A stretch of DNA of 64,000 bases. Origin: a virus. Its lineage: Duplodnaviria > Caudoviricetes. Positions within the stretch are counted from its first letter, which is position 1. Each line of letters begins with the position of its first letter. Made by a program: the position numbers and the translations under genes. The DNA is taken from positions 36,815-100,814 of IMG/VR virus record IMGVR_UViG_3300029305_002725, one strand, 5' to 3'. Below are positions 28,839-38,735 of this stretch, one piece after another. The notes under the pieces are model-generated. The model made no database searches. It was not told the origin of the DNA and was given only the letters and a program-made list of their open reading frames with translations.

Positions 28839-29913
28839 ATCTTATAGGCTTCGCATGGCTGCGCTTGGTGGCTATGAAGGCGAAGCTAAGCGTAGGAATG
28901 CTCAAAAAATTATGGATGCATCTTGGATGCGAGATCCAGCTACTAAACTCGTTTATGTTAAATGGGTTGATAGTGGTCTCCCGCTAATAGATGATGATGA
29001 TATTCCAATTTACGCTAAATATAACGTAAAGTCTTATCACAATATTACTGGAGATTCAATTGCGTATTTGTTGCAATTTAGATTAGAAGACATGAAAGCC
29101 AATCCTAATATTAGGGTTGGCGCTTATGTTCAAATTATGAATGAAATGGATGAGCCTGAATGGTGGTTAATCGTTCATTTTGACGACAGAACTCAATTTA
29201 GGCAGTTTTCAATTTTGAAATGTACGTGGACTTATAAATGGGTTTCTAGAGTTAGTGGTAAGCGTGTTGTGCATCAATGTCTTGGTGCACCTCGCAAACA
29301 GAACTCTTATAACAGCGGTGTTTGGTTAGATTACTACACACAAACTGTTGAAAATCAGGAAGTTTTTTGGGTACCTACAAATGATGATACTAGAACGATT
29401 GTTTACGACACTAAGTTTTTGAAATCTTCCGAGGGCAGATATCCTCCTTTGAGATGGACAATCACAAAGATTGAAGATACTGCGGTTGAAGGAATTTCAA
29501 TGTTTACTTTGGCACAAGATCAATTCGATCCTGCTAAAGATAATGCAGAACTTGGCATAGCCAGCTATTATGATTCTTATGTAGAGCCAGAGATTACCGA
29601 GATGGAAGAAATACCTACTATAAGCGATTTAGAAATTATCTATTCTGGTTCCCCTGCAGTTCGTGCTGGTGGTGGATATAAAAAATTCACACTTAAGGAA
29701 CGTATCGATGGAAAACTAGTTAATGGCACAGATGTTAAGTGGAGCATTGATTTTTCCGACGGTGACTTAGATAAACTTGAACAATCTGTGAAAGATAATG
29801 TTTTAAAGGTAAAGTGCTTGCCATATTATGATTTAGTTGGAAAAACATTCACTATTATCGCTGAAAGCAAATATAGTTCAAAATCTCTCATCGTGGAGGT
29901 GATTAGTCTATGA
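28831..29913 (+). CDS. putative head-closure/neck protein
   Basis: Synteny; beta-rich with Ig-like C-terminus. Confidence 0.55.
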   Translation: MLESYRLRMAALGGYEGEAKRRNAQKIMDASWMRDPATKLVYVKWVDSGLPLIDDDDIPIYAKYNVKSYHNITGDSIAYLLQFRLEDMKANPNIRVGAYVQIMNEMDEPEWWLIVHFDDRTQFRQFSILKCTWTYKWVSRVSGKRVVHQCLGAPRKQNSYNSGVWLDYYTQTVENQEVFWVPTNDDTRTIVYDTKFLKSSEGRYPPLRWTITKIEDTAVEGISMFTLAQDQFDPAKDNAELGIASYYDSYVEPEITEMEEIPTISDLEIIYSGSPAVRAGGGYKKFTLKERIDGKLVNGTDVKWSIDFSDGDLDKLEQSVKDNVLKVKCLPYYDLVGKTFTIIAESKYSSKSLIVEVISL

Positions 29914-30431
29914 AACGAGATATTCAAAATATTGAAGATGACATTAGCAAGATGAAGAGACAGATTAAACAAATGTTAATAGATGACGAGGATATCCTTG
30001 AGGTGTTACATAATCCTAAGATTGACATTGATAGTCCAGATGAATTTTTGGATAATAATATTTTTGGATTTATTAGAATTCCTAACACTCAAGATACCGT
30101 TCGAAATTTTATATGTGTAACTGTTGATGATATTGAAGAACATCGCTTTAATGAAGTGATGAAACTTCAAGATATTACGTTTGCCGTTATTTGTCATCTT
30201 AGTGATATGAAAACAGAGTATGGAGTTGACAGACATGACTTACTTGGGTATTTAATTAGAGATTCTATAAACTGGACTAATTTGTTTGGTTTACAGTTTA
30301 AATTGATTTATAACAAGGAAAGTACCATTGATGGAGATTATTACTGTCGAACTTTGAAATTTGAAGCAATTAAACCAAATTCACTTAATAACGCAAGGAC
30401 GGCTAATCCTCGTGATAAACTTAGACGTTGA
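29910..30431 (+). CDS. putative tail terminator/completion protein
   Basis: Synteny and size; RHDLL motif. Confidence 0.55.
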   Translation: MKRDIQNIEDDISKMKRQIKQMLIDDEDILEVLHNPKIDIDSPDEFLDNNIFGFIRIPNTQDTVRNFICVTVDDIEEHRFNEVMKLQDITFAVICHLSDMKTEYGVDRHDLLGYLIRDSINWTNLFGLQFKLIYNKESTIDGDYYCRTLKFEAIKPNSLNNARTANPRDKLRR

Positions 30432-31143
30432 TGACTTGAAACTTTATATTGGCGATGATTATGTCATCAATGATAATATTAAAGTATTACAGCCAACTAT
30501 AAGACAAATTGCAGAGTTTGGTGAACGTGATTTTTTCTCTGTAGTTCATACGGTATGTGCCATACCGAGCGATATGAAAAGTCAGCTTTGGGACATGGGT
30601 CTCGATTGGACAGAAGTTGATGATTTTGAACTATTTGTAATGCTTGTACAGACTTTAACTCCAGATAGAACTGGACTTTTATTTGGTGATATAGATCTTT
30701 CAAAATTAAGACCGTACAAACATCCACACATTGAAGATGAAATTATTTTAGTTGACAAACAAGCTGGAATTCTTGTTGACAAAATGATTTATCTTAGAAT
30801 TGTATCCTATCTTCGTAAAGCATTTAATATTACGCCGAAAGTTGAAAAAGCGGCTAATAAAATGACTAAGAAAATTTTAATTGAAGAAGATAGGGCAAAA
30901 TTAAAATTTAATAAAAATAAGCCTTTTAAGTCTTTTTTGTTGCCGCTGATATCATCTGTTAAAGTTAGGCAAGGTTATACTAAAGAATATGTACTAAATA
31001 TGGGGTATGTTGAATTTATGAATGACGTTGCAAGACTTCAAGTGATTCATAATGCAGACCACTTGTTAAGCGGTGTGTATGCTGGCACTATAGATATGAA
31101 GAAAATTGATAAAAAATCTCTTAACTGGATGTGCGAGTTATAA
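30361..31143 (+). CDS. conserved tail-module protein (start uncertain)
   Basis: ORF track; synteny. Confidence 0.6.
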   Translation: MKQLNQIHLITQGRLILVINLDVDDLKLYIGDDYVINDNIKVLQPTIRQIAEFGERDFFSVVHTVCAIPSDMKSQLWDMGLDWTEVDDFELFVMLVQTLTPDRTGLLFGDIDLSKLRPYKHPHIEDEIILVDKQAGILVDKMIYLRIVSYLRKAFNITPKVEKAANKMTKKILIEEDRAKLKFNKNKPFKSFLLPLISSVKVRQGYTKEYVLNMGYVEFMNDVARLQVIHNADHLLSGVYAGTIDMKKIDKKSLNWMCEL

Positions 31144-31178
31144 TTTCAGATAAGAGTATAAAAAATTATATGTATAAT

Positions 31179-31206
31179 AAAGAGCCAAAATCAATTGGCT
31201 CTTTTT
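31179..31206 (+). terminator. terminator-like hairpin
   Basis: AAAGAGCCAA...TTGGCTCTTTTT. Confidence 0.6.
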
Positions 31207-31245
31207 GTATTTAAAATTTAAATTATTTTATGGAGGTAAATTATC

Positions 31246-32061
31246 ATGGCTTTTGATATGAATAATTTTGTAATTGATAGAATTATCCGTGGTGTTGCAC
31301 TATCTCAGAAAGATGATAGTGTCTTATTCTCTATCAATCAGATCCAGAACGCTTCTCTAAACTGCGCTTCTGAGTCTACTGATGCTGTTGACGCAATGGG
31401 CACTCCTATTGCTACTTTCTACAGAGCTAAGTCTGCAGAATTTTCTGCTGAAAATGCTCTATTCGACATGAACCTAATGGCTACCCAGCTAGGTACTTCT
31501 AAGAAGGTTGCTTCTGCTTCTGCAAAGGTTGTTGCTCCTTCCATGGAAAGCTTTGTTATTGGCGAGGAAGCTTGGGACAAGAAGGTTGTTGCAGATAAAT
31601 ACACTCTAAAGCACAAGCCTCTAGCTATTCCTACTGAGATTTACGCTATCAATGGCGATAGCACTTTTGGCGTAAAGTTTGTTAAGGAAACTGATGCTTC
31701 TGCTACTGGTTTTGCTTACGCTGAGGATGACAATACCATTACTCTACCTACTGGTCTAGCCGATGGTACTGAGCTATTTGTTATGTATGAGTACGAGTCT
31801 GAGAATGCTGTTGAGGTTGTCAACTCTGCTAAGAACTTCCCTGTTGGTTGTAAGTTTGTTATGGAAGTCCTAGGTTGTGACGTTTGCGATCAGACCAACC
31901 TAGTTTATGCTTATGTTATCTTCAATAACGCTAAGCTAAGCCCTGACTTCGACTGGTCCATCGCTACTGATGGAACCCACCCCTTCTCTATGAAGGCTCA
32001 GCAAGATTATTGCGACAGAGAAAAGAGACTATTCTCCATCGTCATCCCTGGCGACGAATAA
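31246..32061 (+). CDS. major tail (tube) protein
   Basis: Synteny, beta-rich, high-expression codon bias, followed by terminator. Confidence 0.7.
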   Translation: MAFDMNNFVIDRIIRGVALSQKDDSVLFSINQIQNASLNCASESTDAVDAMGTPIATFYRAKSAEFSAENALFDMNLMATQLGTSKKVASASAKVVAPSMESFVIGEEAWDKKVVADKYTLKHKPLAIPTEIYAINGDSTFGVKFVKETDASATGFAYAEDDNTITLPTGLADGTELFVMYEYESENAVEVVNSAKNFPVGCKFVMEVLGCDVCDQTNLVYAYVIFNNAKLSPDFDWSIATDGTHPFSMKAQQDYCDREKRLFSIVIPGDE

Positions 32062-32094
32062 TAGTTTATAATTTGAAATTAATGTGTTAAATAC

Positions 32095-32120
32095 GGGCTA
32101 GTGATATTTGTCACTAGCCC
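32095..32120 (+). terminator. terminator hairpin
   Basis: GGGCTAGTGA-tatttg-TCACTAGCCC. Confidence 0.7.
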
Positions 32121-32152
32121 ATTATTAATATCTCGAAAGGAGCATGAACCAT

Positions 32153-32545
32153 ATGGGAAGACGTACTCGCGAATGCTATCTCTGTGGTCAAGACTACCAA
32201 TACTGCCCCACTTGTTCTCAAGACAAAATGAAACCAGCATGGATGTCTGACTTTCACAGCGAAAATTGCAAAAACATTTTTGATATTTGCACTCGTTTTA
32301 ATATGAGTCTAATGTCCAAAGATGAGGCTCAGGACGCCCTAAATGCCTGCGACTTATCCAATAAAGCAAACTTTAAATCCTATGTTCAACGTGACCTAGA
32401 AAATATTTTTAAAGTTGACGAAGTTCCTGTACCGGTTGCAGAACCAAAATTTAAGCGCGGAAAGCGCATTGAAATAAAACCTGTCGATGATGCAATGATC
32501 ATCGAAGAATCACATGAAGTAGTTGTTAAAAAAGAAAATGAATAA
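32153..32545 (+). CDS. Cys-rich hypothetical protein
   Basis: CYLCG..Y.YCPTC...HSENC. Confidence 0.7.
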   Translation: MGRRTRECYLCGQDYQYCPTCSQDKMKPAWMSDFHSENCKNIFDICTRFNMSLMSKDEAQDALNACDLSNKANFKSYVQRDLENIFKVDEVPVPVAEPKFKRGKRIEIKPVDDAMIIEESHEVVVKKENE

Positions 32546-32597
32546 GGCACTATAAACTTCATGTTCAACGAAGCTTACGGTGCCTTATTTTTTTTTA
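32541..32597 (+). terminator. long hairpin with T tract
   Basis: AATAAGGCAC...GTGCCTTATT-TTTTTTT. Confidence 0.6.
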
Positions 32598-32620
32598 TGC
32601 AAAAAAAGGAGGAAAAGGAA

Positions 32621-32845
32621 TTGATCAAGTCCCTGATCACAGGCCGAGAATATGCCGAAAATAACTGTGTCTATGTAACCAATATGCTACAGGCACAAAA
32701 ATATCTGGCGCACATTGGACCACAGTACCTTTTAGATATCCTATACACAGGTACATATAGAAAAGATTCCTTAGTTTTTGTTTTTGAGCGTTGTCCAGAG
32801 ACACGCAAGGCAAAAGAACTGTGGGATAAACATGAATTAAATTAA
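32621..32845 (+). CDS. small conserved phage protein (DUF5659-like)
   Basis: TTG start behind GGAGG; LVFVFE motif. Confidence 0.6.
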   Translation: MIKSLITGREYAENNCVYVTNMLQAQKYLAHIGPQYLLDILYTGTYRKDSLVFVFERCPETRKAKELWDKHELN

Positions 32846-32963
32846 AACGAAAAATAAATTTGCTATTATAACTAGTTGGTGTCACATTTATCTCCGACTG
32901 AATTACAATAGCTATTGATAATATTAAATAAAACATTACATTTTTAAAAAGGATGTGATTTAA

Positions 32964-33209
32964 TTGAGTACAAAAAAACTACAACTTCTAGGACAACTAG
33001 GAGAAAAAATTTATAAACAGAATGAGGAACCAACTAACCCAGTTGAGGGATCTTTATGGATTGATATGGACGAAGAAGGTGGCGGTGGTTCTGGCGGAAA
33101 GTGCTCTATGCCAGAAATTACTGCAGAAACTGAAGGTGCATTTTTATGTGTAGTTAATGGAGAAGCTACCTGGCAAGTTATTCCAGATGCTGAGGGGGTT
33201 GGATTTTAA
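32964..33209 (+). CDS. fibre adaptor, cassette 1
   Basis: Shares QNEEP..GSLWIDMDEEGGGGSG with 34604 and C-terminal FL.VVNG..W with 36013. Confidence 0.6.
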   Translation: MSTKKLQLLGQLGEKIYKQNEEPTNPVEGSLWIDMDEEGGGGSGGKCSMPEITAETEGAFLCVVNGEATWQVIPDAEGVGF

Positions 33210-34288
33210 TGTCTAAATACTTAGTTAGAGGAGAGACCTTGACGGCAGTTGCTAATGCTATTAGAAATAAAACTGGTAAGACTGGTGCTATAACTTTAAA
33301 TGACTTTGTTACTGAAATTGAGCAGGTGGACTATCGAGAAGTTATAGATACTGTACCTTCTATTACTGGATCCCTAACATACAATGGTTCGGAACAGTCT
33401 CCAACAATACTTGCTTATAATCCAGATCAGCTTATGATGACTGGCATTTCTTCTGCTACAAATGCAGGAACTTATGAGATTGCTTTTAGTCCAAAAGATG
33501 GTTATAAATGGGCTGATGACACTACAACAGCAAAAGTTGTTGAGTGGAGCATTGCGAAAGCTTTCGGCAGTCTGTCTTTGAGTGCAACATCTGGAAAAAT
33601 AATTGGCAAGAGTAATAATACGGCAACATTTACAGTTACAAGAACTGGTGACGGTGCAATATCTGTACAGTCCAGCAACACTTCGATTGCTACTGCTACG
33701 GTATCTGGAACAACTGTTACTGTTACATCTAAAGCATATGGATCGGCAACAATCACCGTGTCTGTTGCCGAAGATGCTAATTATACTGCACCAAGTAGCA
33801 AAACATACTCCGTTACAGTCGATTATTTATATCTATTCAATGCTGGTGACGAAAATACTTCTGTTACTGGTGGCTGGCAAGCTAGAGGATGGAGAGGAAG
33901 CAGTGCTGTTTCAACTGGTACAGCACCTACAATTACAAAAAGTAATGGAACAATGGCGATCGCATTTGCCGCTGGTGCGGCTGGTGTAGCAGAACCTAAA
34001 AAAGATATCAATTTCAAGGGATTTGAAACAATATATTGTAGAATTACAAAAATAGCAAACGGAAGTGATCCATTTTCCAAAGCAAGACTTTCGATTGTTA
34101 GTAGAAGTGCTACTTATTATATCACCAACTCTGTTACGAATGTGACTATTGGTTCAACTGGCACTGTATCCATCAATATTTCGGGACTTAGTTCCACCAC
34201 AAGCTATGATGTTGTTATTGGTGGTGCAGGTAGAGGTACTGGTTCTTCTGCATATACAGTTACAGTTGATAAAATCTGGTGTGAATAA
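33209..34288 (+). CDS. putative receptor-binding fibre with Ig-like domains, cassette 1
   Basis: LTAVANAIRNKTG N-motif; Thr/Ser-rich Ig-like repeats; variable beta-sandwich C-terminus. Confidence 0.65.
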   Translation: MSKYLVRGETLTAVANAIRNKTGKTGAITLNDFVTEIEQVDYREVIDTVPSITGSLTYNGSEQSPTILAYNPDQLMMTGISSATNAGTYEIAFSPKDGYKWADDTTTAKVVEWSIAKAFGSLSLSATSGKIIGKSNNTATFTVTRTGDGAISVQSSNTSIATATVSGTTVTVTSKAYGSATITVSVAEDANYTAPSSKTYSVTVDYLYLFNAGDENTSVTGGWQARGWRGSSAVSTGTAPTITKSNGTMAIAFAAGAAGVAEPKKDINFKGFETIYCRITKIANGSDPFSKARLSIVSRSATYYITNSVTNVTIGSTGTVSINISGLSSTTSYDVVIGGAGRGTGSSAYTVTVDKIWCE

Positions 34289-34300
34289 GGAGGTTGCGAT

Positions 34301-34594
34301 ATGAAAGTTTATATTGATTCTGATTTCCATTGCCACACCAGCAATCCAGATGGATATTTCCGGGAAGTTGAGGACGAGTTTTTTAACGATAAATGCCAAA
34401 CGTTTATCGAGGGTTACTGCTACGATACAAGCAAAGGATACGTCCAGATTTATCCTTGGAAGCCTTATGATGAACTGGATGAAGCGCAGAGAACTTACGA
34501 AAAACAACAGTTAGAAGAATATAAAGATATCGTTGCGGAGCAAGATCTAATGATATTAGATATGCAATACAATGCTTTGGTTAATGATTTATAA
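34301..34594 (+). CDS. putative fibre chaperone/partner, cassette 1
   Basis: YIDSDF.CH...F..KC..FIEGYC...PWKPY.ELD.AQR.YE family, repeated in the array. Confidence 0.65.
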   Translation: MKVYIDSDFHCHTSNPDGYFREVEDEFFNDKCQTFIEGYCYDTSKGYVQIYPWKPYDELDEAQRTYEKQQLEEYKDIVAEQDLMILDMQYNALVNDL

Positions 34595-34603
34595 AAAGGA
34601 GGT

Positions 34604-34978
34604 ATGAAAATGCCTGTTTTAAAAATTTATAAAGACGGAGAGTGGCAGAATATTTCTGGTGGTTCTGCCACCGATATGACAGATAAGATTTATAAACAAA
34701 ATGACGAGCCTATTGATGCACCAGATGGATCTCTATGGGTCGATATGGATGAAGAAGGTGGCGGTGGTTCTGGAAATATTGATCTATCTGGTTATGCAAC
34801 AAAAGATGATTTAAAAAATTTTATCACTGAAATTCCATCCGAGTATGTTACTGATAGTGAGTTAACCAGTTATGCTAAAAAGTCAGAAATTCCAGATATA
34901 AGTGCTTTTCAGACTGCTGAACAAGTTTCTTTATTAATTAATGAAGCATTGGGGGTAATTGAAAATGGCTCTTATTAA
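34604..34978 (+). CDS. fibre adaptor, cassette 2
   Basis: MKMPVLKI N-terminus shared with 36013; internal block shared with 32964. Confidence 0.6.
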   Translation: MKMPVLKIYKDGEWQNISGGSATDMTDKIYKQNDEPIDAPDGSLWVDMDEEGGGGSGNIDLSGYATKDDLKNFITEIPSEYVTDSELTSYAKKSEIPDISAFQTAEQVSLLINEALGVIENGSY

Positions 34979-35813
34979 TAAGTTAACGGCTATTGCCGAC
35001 TCTATTCGTGAAAAGACTGGCAAAGAGGATTCGCTCACTCTTGACCAGATGCCATTGGAAATTGCTGGAATCCAAACTGGAGTAGAACTTAATTTTGATG
35101 TTGTAGGAGGTACTTCCGCACCTGCTTCTCCATCTGAAAATATGATTTGGGTTAATACAGAAAATGAAATTACATATTGGGTATTTAGTGCCACTGAGCC
35201 TGAAACTATAATTGAAGGTGCGGCCTGGTTTTTTACAGGTACATCTAGTGCTGTAGAATTTAATATATTGAAAGAAAATAGCGTACAAGCATACCCATTA
35301 TCTGCCAAACAATATATTAATGGTACATGGATTGATGTAGAAGCAAAAAGTTATCAGAAGGGGAACTGGGTTGAATGGTGGAATGGCCAACTTTATGTTT
35401 TAGGAGAAGAATATAAACAAATTACTGGCGGTTGGATGTTTACTGGAGAATATGGTTCTAAAACTGATGAAAATATTACAGTTGGCACTACAACAGAAAA
35501 AGCAGCATTTACTGGTACTGTGGAAACAGTTAATTTAATTGATCTTACTTCTTTTAATACTATATCTATTCATGTTGTTTCTATGGGAGGAAGTAGTAGC
35601 GGCTCTTCAAAAGGAGAACTTCGAATTTGTGATTCTTCCAATAATGTAATAGCAACCACTGATTTATTTTCAGGAAATACAACTATTACAGATAAATTAG
35701 TTACTCTTGATATTAGTATATTAACTAGTGAATATAAAGTTGTTGTTTTTACAGGACATGCTTCAAGTACTAGAAGTGCATATGTTACTTTTGATTCTAT
35801 AATTTTATCATAA
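34965..35813 (+). CDS. putative receptor-binding protein, cassette 2
   Basis: Conserved NF.VVGGT..P..PSEN.IWVNT domain plus variable C-terminal domain. Confidence 0.65.
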   Translation: MALINKLTAIADSIREKTGKEDSLTLDQMPLEIAGIQTGVELNFDVVGGTSAPASPSENMIWVNTENEITYWVFSATEPETIIEGAAWFFTGTSSAVEFNILKENSVQAYPLSAKQYINGTWIDVEAKSYQKGNWVEWWNGQLYVLGEEYKQITGGWMFTGEYGSKTDENITVGTTTEKAAFTGTVETVNLIDLTSFNTISIHVVSMGGSSSGSSKGELRICDSSNNVIATTDLFSGNTTITDKLVTLDISILTSEYKVVVFTGHASSTRSAYVTFDSIILS

Positions 35814-35814
35814 A

Positions 35815-36003
35815 ACATGGACACGTTCTAACAGAGCAGTTTTTGAAGGCGAAATGATTGCACCATGGAAAGATTATGACGAATTGGATGCAGTATAAAG
35901 AGATTATGAAAGATAATAGCTAGAAGAATATAAAAATATCGTTGAGGAACAAGATTTAATAATTTTAGATATGCAATACAATGCTTTGGTTAATGATTTA
36001 TAA
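35815..36003 (+). pseudogene. 5'-truncated chaperone remnant with three in-frame stops
   Basis: TWTRSNRAVFEGEMIAPWKDYDELDAV*RDYER**LEEYKNIVEEQDLIILDMQYNALVNDL*; aligns with 34301. Confidence 0.85.
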
Positions 36004-36012
36004 AAAGGAGGT

Positions 36013-36399
36013 ATGAAAATGCCTGTTTTAAAAATAAAAAATAACGGCGTATGGGAAGAAATATCTGGTGGCGTAGCTGCCGAAATAGATGATGTTATTA
36101 CTATAGATCTTGATGATACAGTATCTGGCACTTCAAATCCAATAAATGCCGACACACTTGGTGGTAGAAGTGCAGATGAATTCGTTTTAATTTCTGATAT
36201 TGAAAATTTACCAACTGAATCTTATGATGATACAGAGCTTAGAGGCTTAATTTCTGAAAATTCTACAGAAATTGAAAACCTAAAAAATATGCCTATTATT
36301 CCTGCAGTTTCTTCTGAAGACAATGGAAAATTCCTTCGTGTAGTAAATGGCGCATGGGCTGCTGTAGAGCTTCCTAATGCAAAGGAGGCTACATTTTAA
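36013..36399 (+). CDS. fibre adaptor, cassette 3
   Basis: NADTLGG motif; C-terminal GKFLRVVNGAW. Confidence 0.6.
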   Translation: MKMPVLKIKNNGVWEEISGGVAAEIDDVITIDLDDTVSGTSNPINADTLGGRSADEFVLISDIENLPTESYDDTELRGLISENSTEIENLKNMPIIPAVSSEDNGKFLRVVNGAWAAVELPNAKEATF

Positions 36400-37280
36400 T
36401 GAGTAAATATATAATTGATGGCGAAGATTTAACCTCTTTAGCCGATGCTATTAGAGAACAAACTGGAGAAACTGAAGCTTTGTCTTTGGAAGCAATGAAG
36501 GTTTCAATTGGCAATATTTCTGGTACTAATTTTAGTATAGTTGGTGGTACGACTGAGCCAGCAAACCCAAGTGAGAATACCATTTGGGTAAATACGGATG
36601 TTGAAATTACTGATTGGATATTTAGTGCTACAGCACCTGAAAGCCCTATTGATAATATGATATGGTTTTCTACAGGCACAGTCAGTACCGCAGAATTTAA
36701 CGCACTGAAAAAGAATGGATTGCAAGTTTATCCGCTGTATGCAAAGCAGTATTTGGATGGTGCATGGGTTGAAAAGACTGCAAAAAGTTATCAAGATGAT
36801 ACATGGGTCACATGGATATATGAGTTATATTTATATGACACAGGTACTATATCCGATATTGCTGGAAGTCTGGTGCAGACTGGCGTAAAATATGGTTCTG
36901 GTTCTGCGGGTACTTGTACCATTACATTATTAGCTAATAAAGCAACAATTGGCTCATATGCAGGTGGAGCTGCTTTGGCCTATTTTTCCAATAAAATCAA
37001 CTTAACTAATTTTAAAAAGCTTTATTTCAATGGTAGCGTCGTGGCTGTAAGTAGCCCTGAATCTAATAAGATCGGCATTGGTGTTTGGAAAGAAATCCCT
37101 AAAACAAATGCTGGTACAGAGGCTTCGGCAATTATGGAAGGTTGGAGAACAGATGGCATACATGAACTGAATATCGAAAACTGCACAGGAGAGTATTATA
37201 TTGGTATTGTAGTTTATGGATTCGGCACCCCTACTGGTCCATATTCAATCGCTACAATGAATCAGTTGTGGTTGAAATGA
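36399..37280 (+). CDS. putative receptor-binding protein, cassette 3
   Basis: Same conserved domain, different C-terminal domain. Confidence 0.65.
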   Translation: MSKYIIDGEDLTSLADAIREQTGETEALSLEAMKVSIGNISGTNFSIVGGTTEPANPSENTIWVNTDVEITDWIFSATAPESPIDNMIWFSTGTVSTAEFNALKKNGLQVYPLYAKQYLDGAWVEKTAKSYQDDTWVTWIYELYLYDTGTISDIAGSLVQTGVKYGSGSAGTCTITLLANKATIGSYAGGAALAYFSNKINLTNFKKLYFNGSVVAVSSPESNKIGIGVWKEIPKTNAGTEASAIMEGWRTDGIHELNIENCTGEYYIGIVVYGFGTPTGPYSIATMNQLWLK

Positions 37281-37290
37281 GGTGGTATAA

Positions 37291-37578
37291 ATGAGAACAG
37301 TTTATATTGATTTAGATTATAAATGTCACATTGTTAATAATGGTACAATGAAGGCGATTGAAACGGATTATTTTGATGGAAAATGTGATACTGTTATTGA
37401 AGGTTATTGTATTGAGCCTTCCGAAACTGGTCAGAAAATTTATCCGTGGAAAGACTATAACGAATTGGACAACGCGCAGCGTGCCTATGAAAAGCAATTA
37501 CTTGAAGAGCAAGCAGCCGAACTGGCCGAGCTTGATGCGCTAGTACTAGAATTACAATACAATACCCTAGTGGTATGA
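37291..37578 (+). CDS. putative fibre chaperone, cassette 3
   Basis: Paralog of 34301. Confidence 0.65.
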   Translation: MRTVYIDLDYKCHIVNNGTMKAIETDYFDGKCDTVIEGYCIEPSETGQKIYPWKDYNELDNAQRAYEKQLLEEQAAELAELDALVLELQYNTLVV

Positions 37579-37604
37579 TTTTATAAAATAAGGAGGAATG
37601 ACTT

Positions 37605-38312
37605 ATGTCTGAATTCTTAAAACCGCAAAGTCCTTTGCAACATAAGGACGGAGCGTATATATATCCTCTAACTACATCGGATCAGGTTATTTTAGAAGAT
37701 AATACTAGATTAAATGTGGCTTTAGAGGATATTAAAGATAAAGTTAATAATATTGACTTTAGCAATTTAGATTTAGAAGGCATAGCATATATAGGAGAAA
37801 CACTTGATTCAGCAGTGGCTCCTATTAATGCTGATACTCTTGGTGGAAGACCGGCTGAATATTATGCTACAAAAGATGATGTTCAGGCCATCCCTCTTGG
37901 AATTGAGTATGGCGGCACTGGCGCCACTAATGCGGTGGATGCTAGAAAAAATCTTGGTATTACACCTGAGAACATTGGCGCACTGTCCATGGACCTGCTG
38001 TGGGAAAATGCTAGTCCTACAAGTGAGTTTATCGAGCAAACCATTTCCTTAGATTTAAATGAGTATTCGTTTGTTGTTATTTGTTTTGTTGCATCTGCGG
38101 GTGCAACTACATATGTCGCTACTGGATTTATTATGGTTGGCGGCGGTTTTCACGCCGAAGAATATATAGCCAACAGCGGAAGTGTTCACAAGAGACATTT
38201 CAAGGCTGAAACCAGCGGTGTCAGATTTGAAAACGGCAGACAGGACTCTACATCGGGTGCACAATATATGATTCCGGTGAAAATCTATGGTGTTAAGGGG
38301 GTATCCGTATGA
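37605..38312 (+). CDS. tail-fibre protein, cassette 4
   Basis: NADTLGG, GGTGAT.A..ARKNLG and LLWENASP.SEF..QTI.LDL motifs of phage fibres. Confidence 0.65.
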   Translation: MSEFLKPQSPLQHKDGAYIYPLTTSDQVILEDNTRLNVALEDIKDKVNNIDFSNLDLEGIAYIGETLDSAVAPINADTLGGRPAEYYATKDDVQAIPLGIEYGGTGATNAVDARKNLGITPENIGALSMDLLWENASPTSEFIEQTISLDLNEYSFVVICFVASAGATTYVATGFIMVGGGFHAEEYIANSGSVHKRHFKAETSGVRFENGRQDSTSGAQYMIPVKIYGVKGVSV

Positions 38313-38599
38313 AATACGCATTGAATCTAGCAGAAGATGGACGTATTTTGTCCGCTTGTATGGGACTTCTCAACGGCAACTATGATGGTATGCCTCGTGT
38401 TGATTATCTTCCAGAAGGTAACATTTATGAATACCGTTATATAGAAAATGAAAATCTCGACACTGGCGAATTAACTTGGGAATATATCCACGACCCTCTA
38501 CCTAAGCCAGTCGTAGAAGAAAAGCCTTCCCAACTAGACATTATTGAAGCCCAAGTCACATACACCGCTATGATGACAGATACATTATTGGAGGTGTAA
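38309..38599 (+). CDS. fibre chaperone-like protein, cassette 4
   Basis: MKYALNL.EDGRILSA...QLD.IEAQV.YTAMMTDTL pattern; precedes XkdX-like gene. Confidence 0.55.
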   Translation: MKYALNLAEDGRILSACMGLLNGNYDGMPRVDYLPEGNIYEYRYIENENLDTGELTWEYIHDPLPKPVVEEKPSQLDIIEAQVTYTAMMTDTLLEV

Positions 38600-38603
38600 G
38601 ACC

Positions 38604-38732
38604 ATGAAAGAAAGAATTATGAAATGGTATAAACTTGGTCTTTGGACTGAAGAAATGATTCAAAATGCCGTTGAAAAAGGCGTTATTACTGCCGATGATG
38701 TGGCAGAAATTTTAGGAGTAAAGGAGGAATAA
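38604..38732 (+). CDS. XkdX-family protein, 42 aa
   Basis: Hand-translated IMKWYKLGLWTEEMIQNAVEKGVIT...EILG. Confidence 0.75.
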   Translation: MKERIMKWYKLGLWTEEMIQNAVEKGVITADDVAEILGVKEE

Positions 38733-38735
38733 TAA

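Larger units (their letters stand above)
34556..36035 (+). repeat. 71-bp identical direct repeat (34556-34626 and 35965-36035)
   Basis: TTAGATATGCAATACAATGC...GGAGGTATGAAAATGCCTGTTTTAAAAAT, spanning chaperone stop, SD and adaptor start. Confidence 0.9.

Noticed and set aside
35896-35919. Stop-codon reassignment (TAG/TAA to Gln)
   Set aside because: Long genes translate intact in code 11, TAA is the dominant stop, TAG ends 49841-50344, and the fragment lacks its 5' half.
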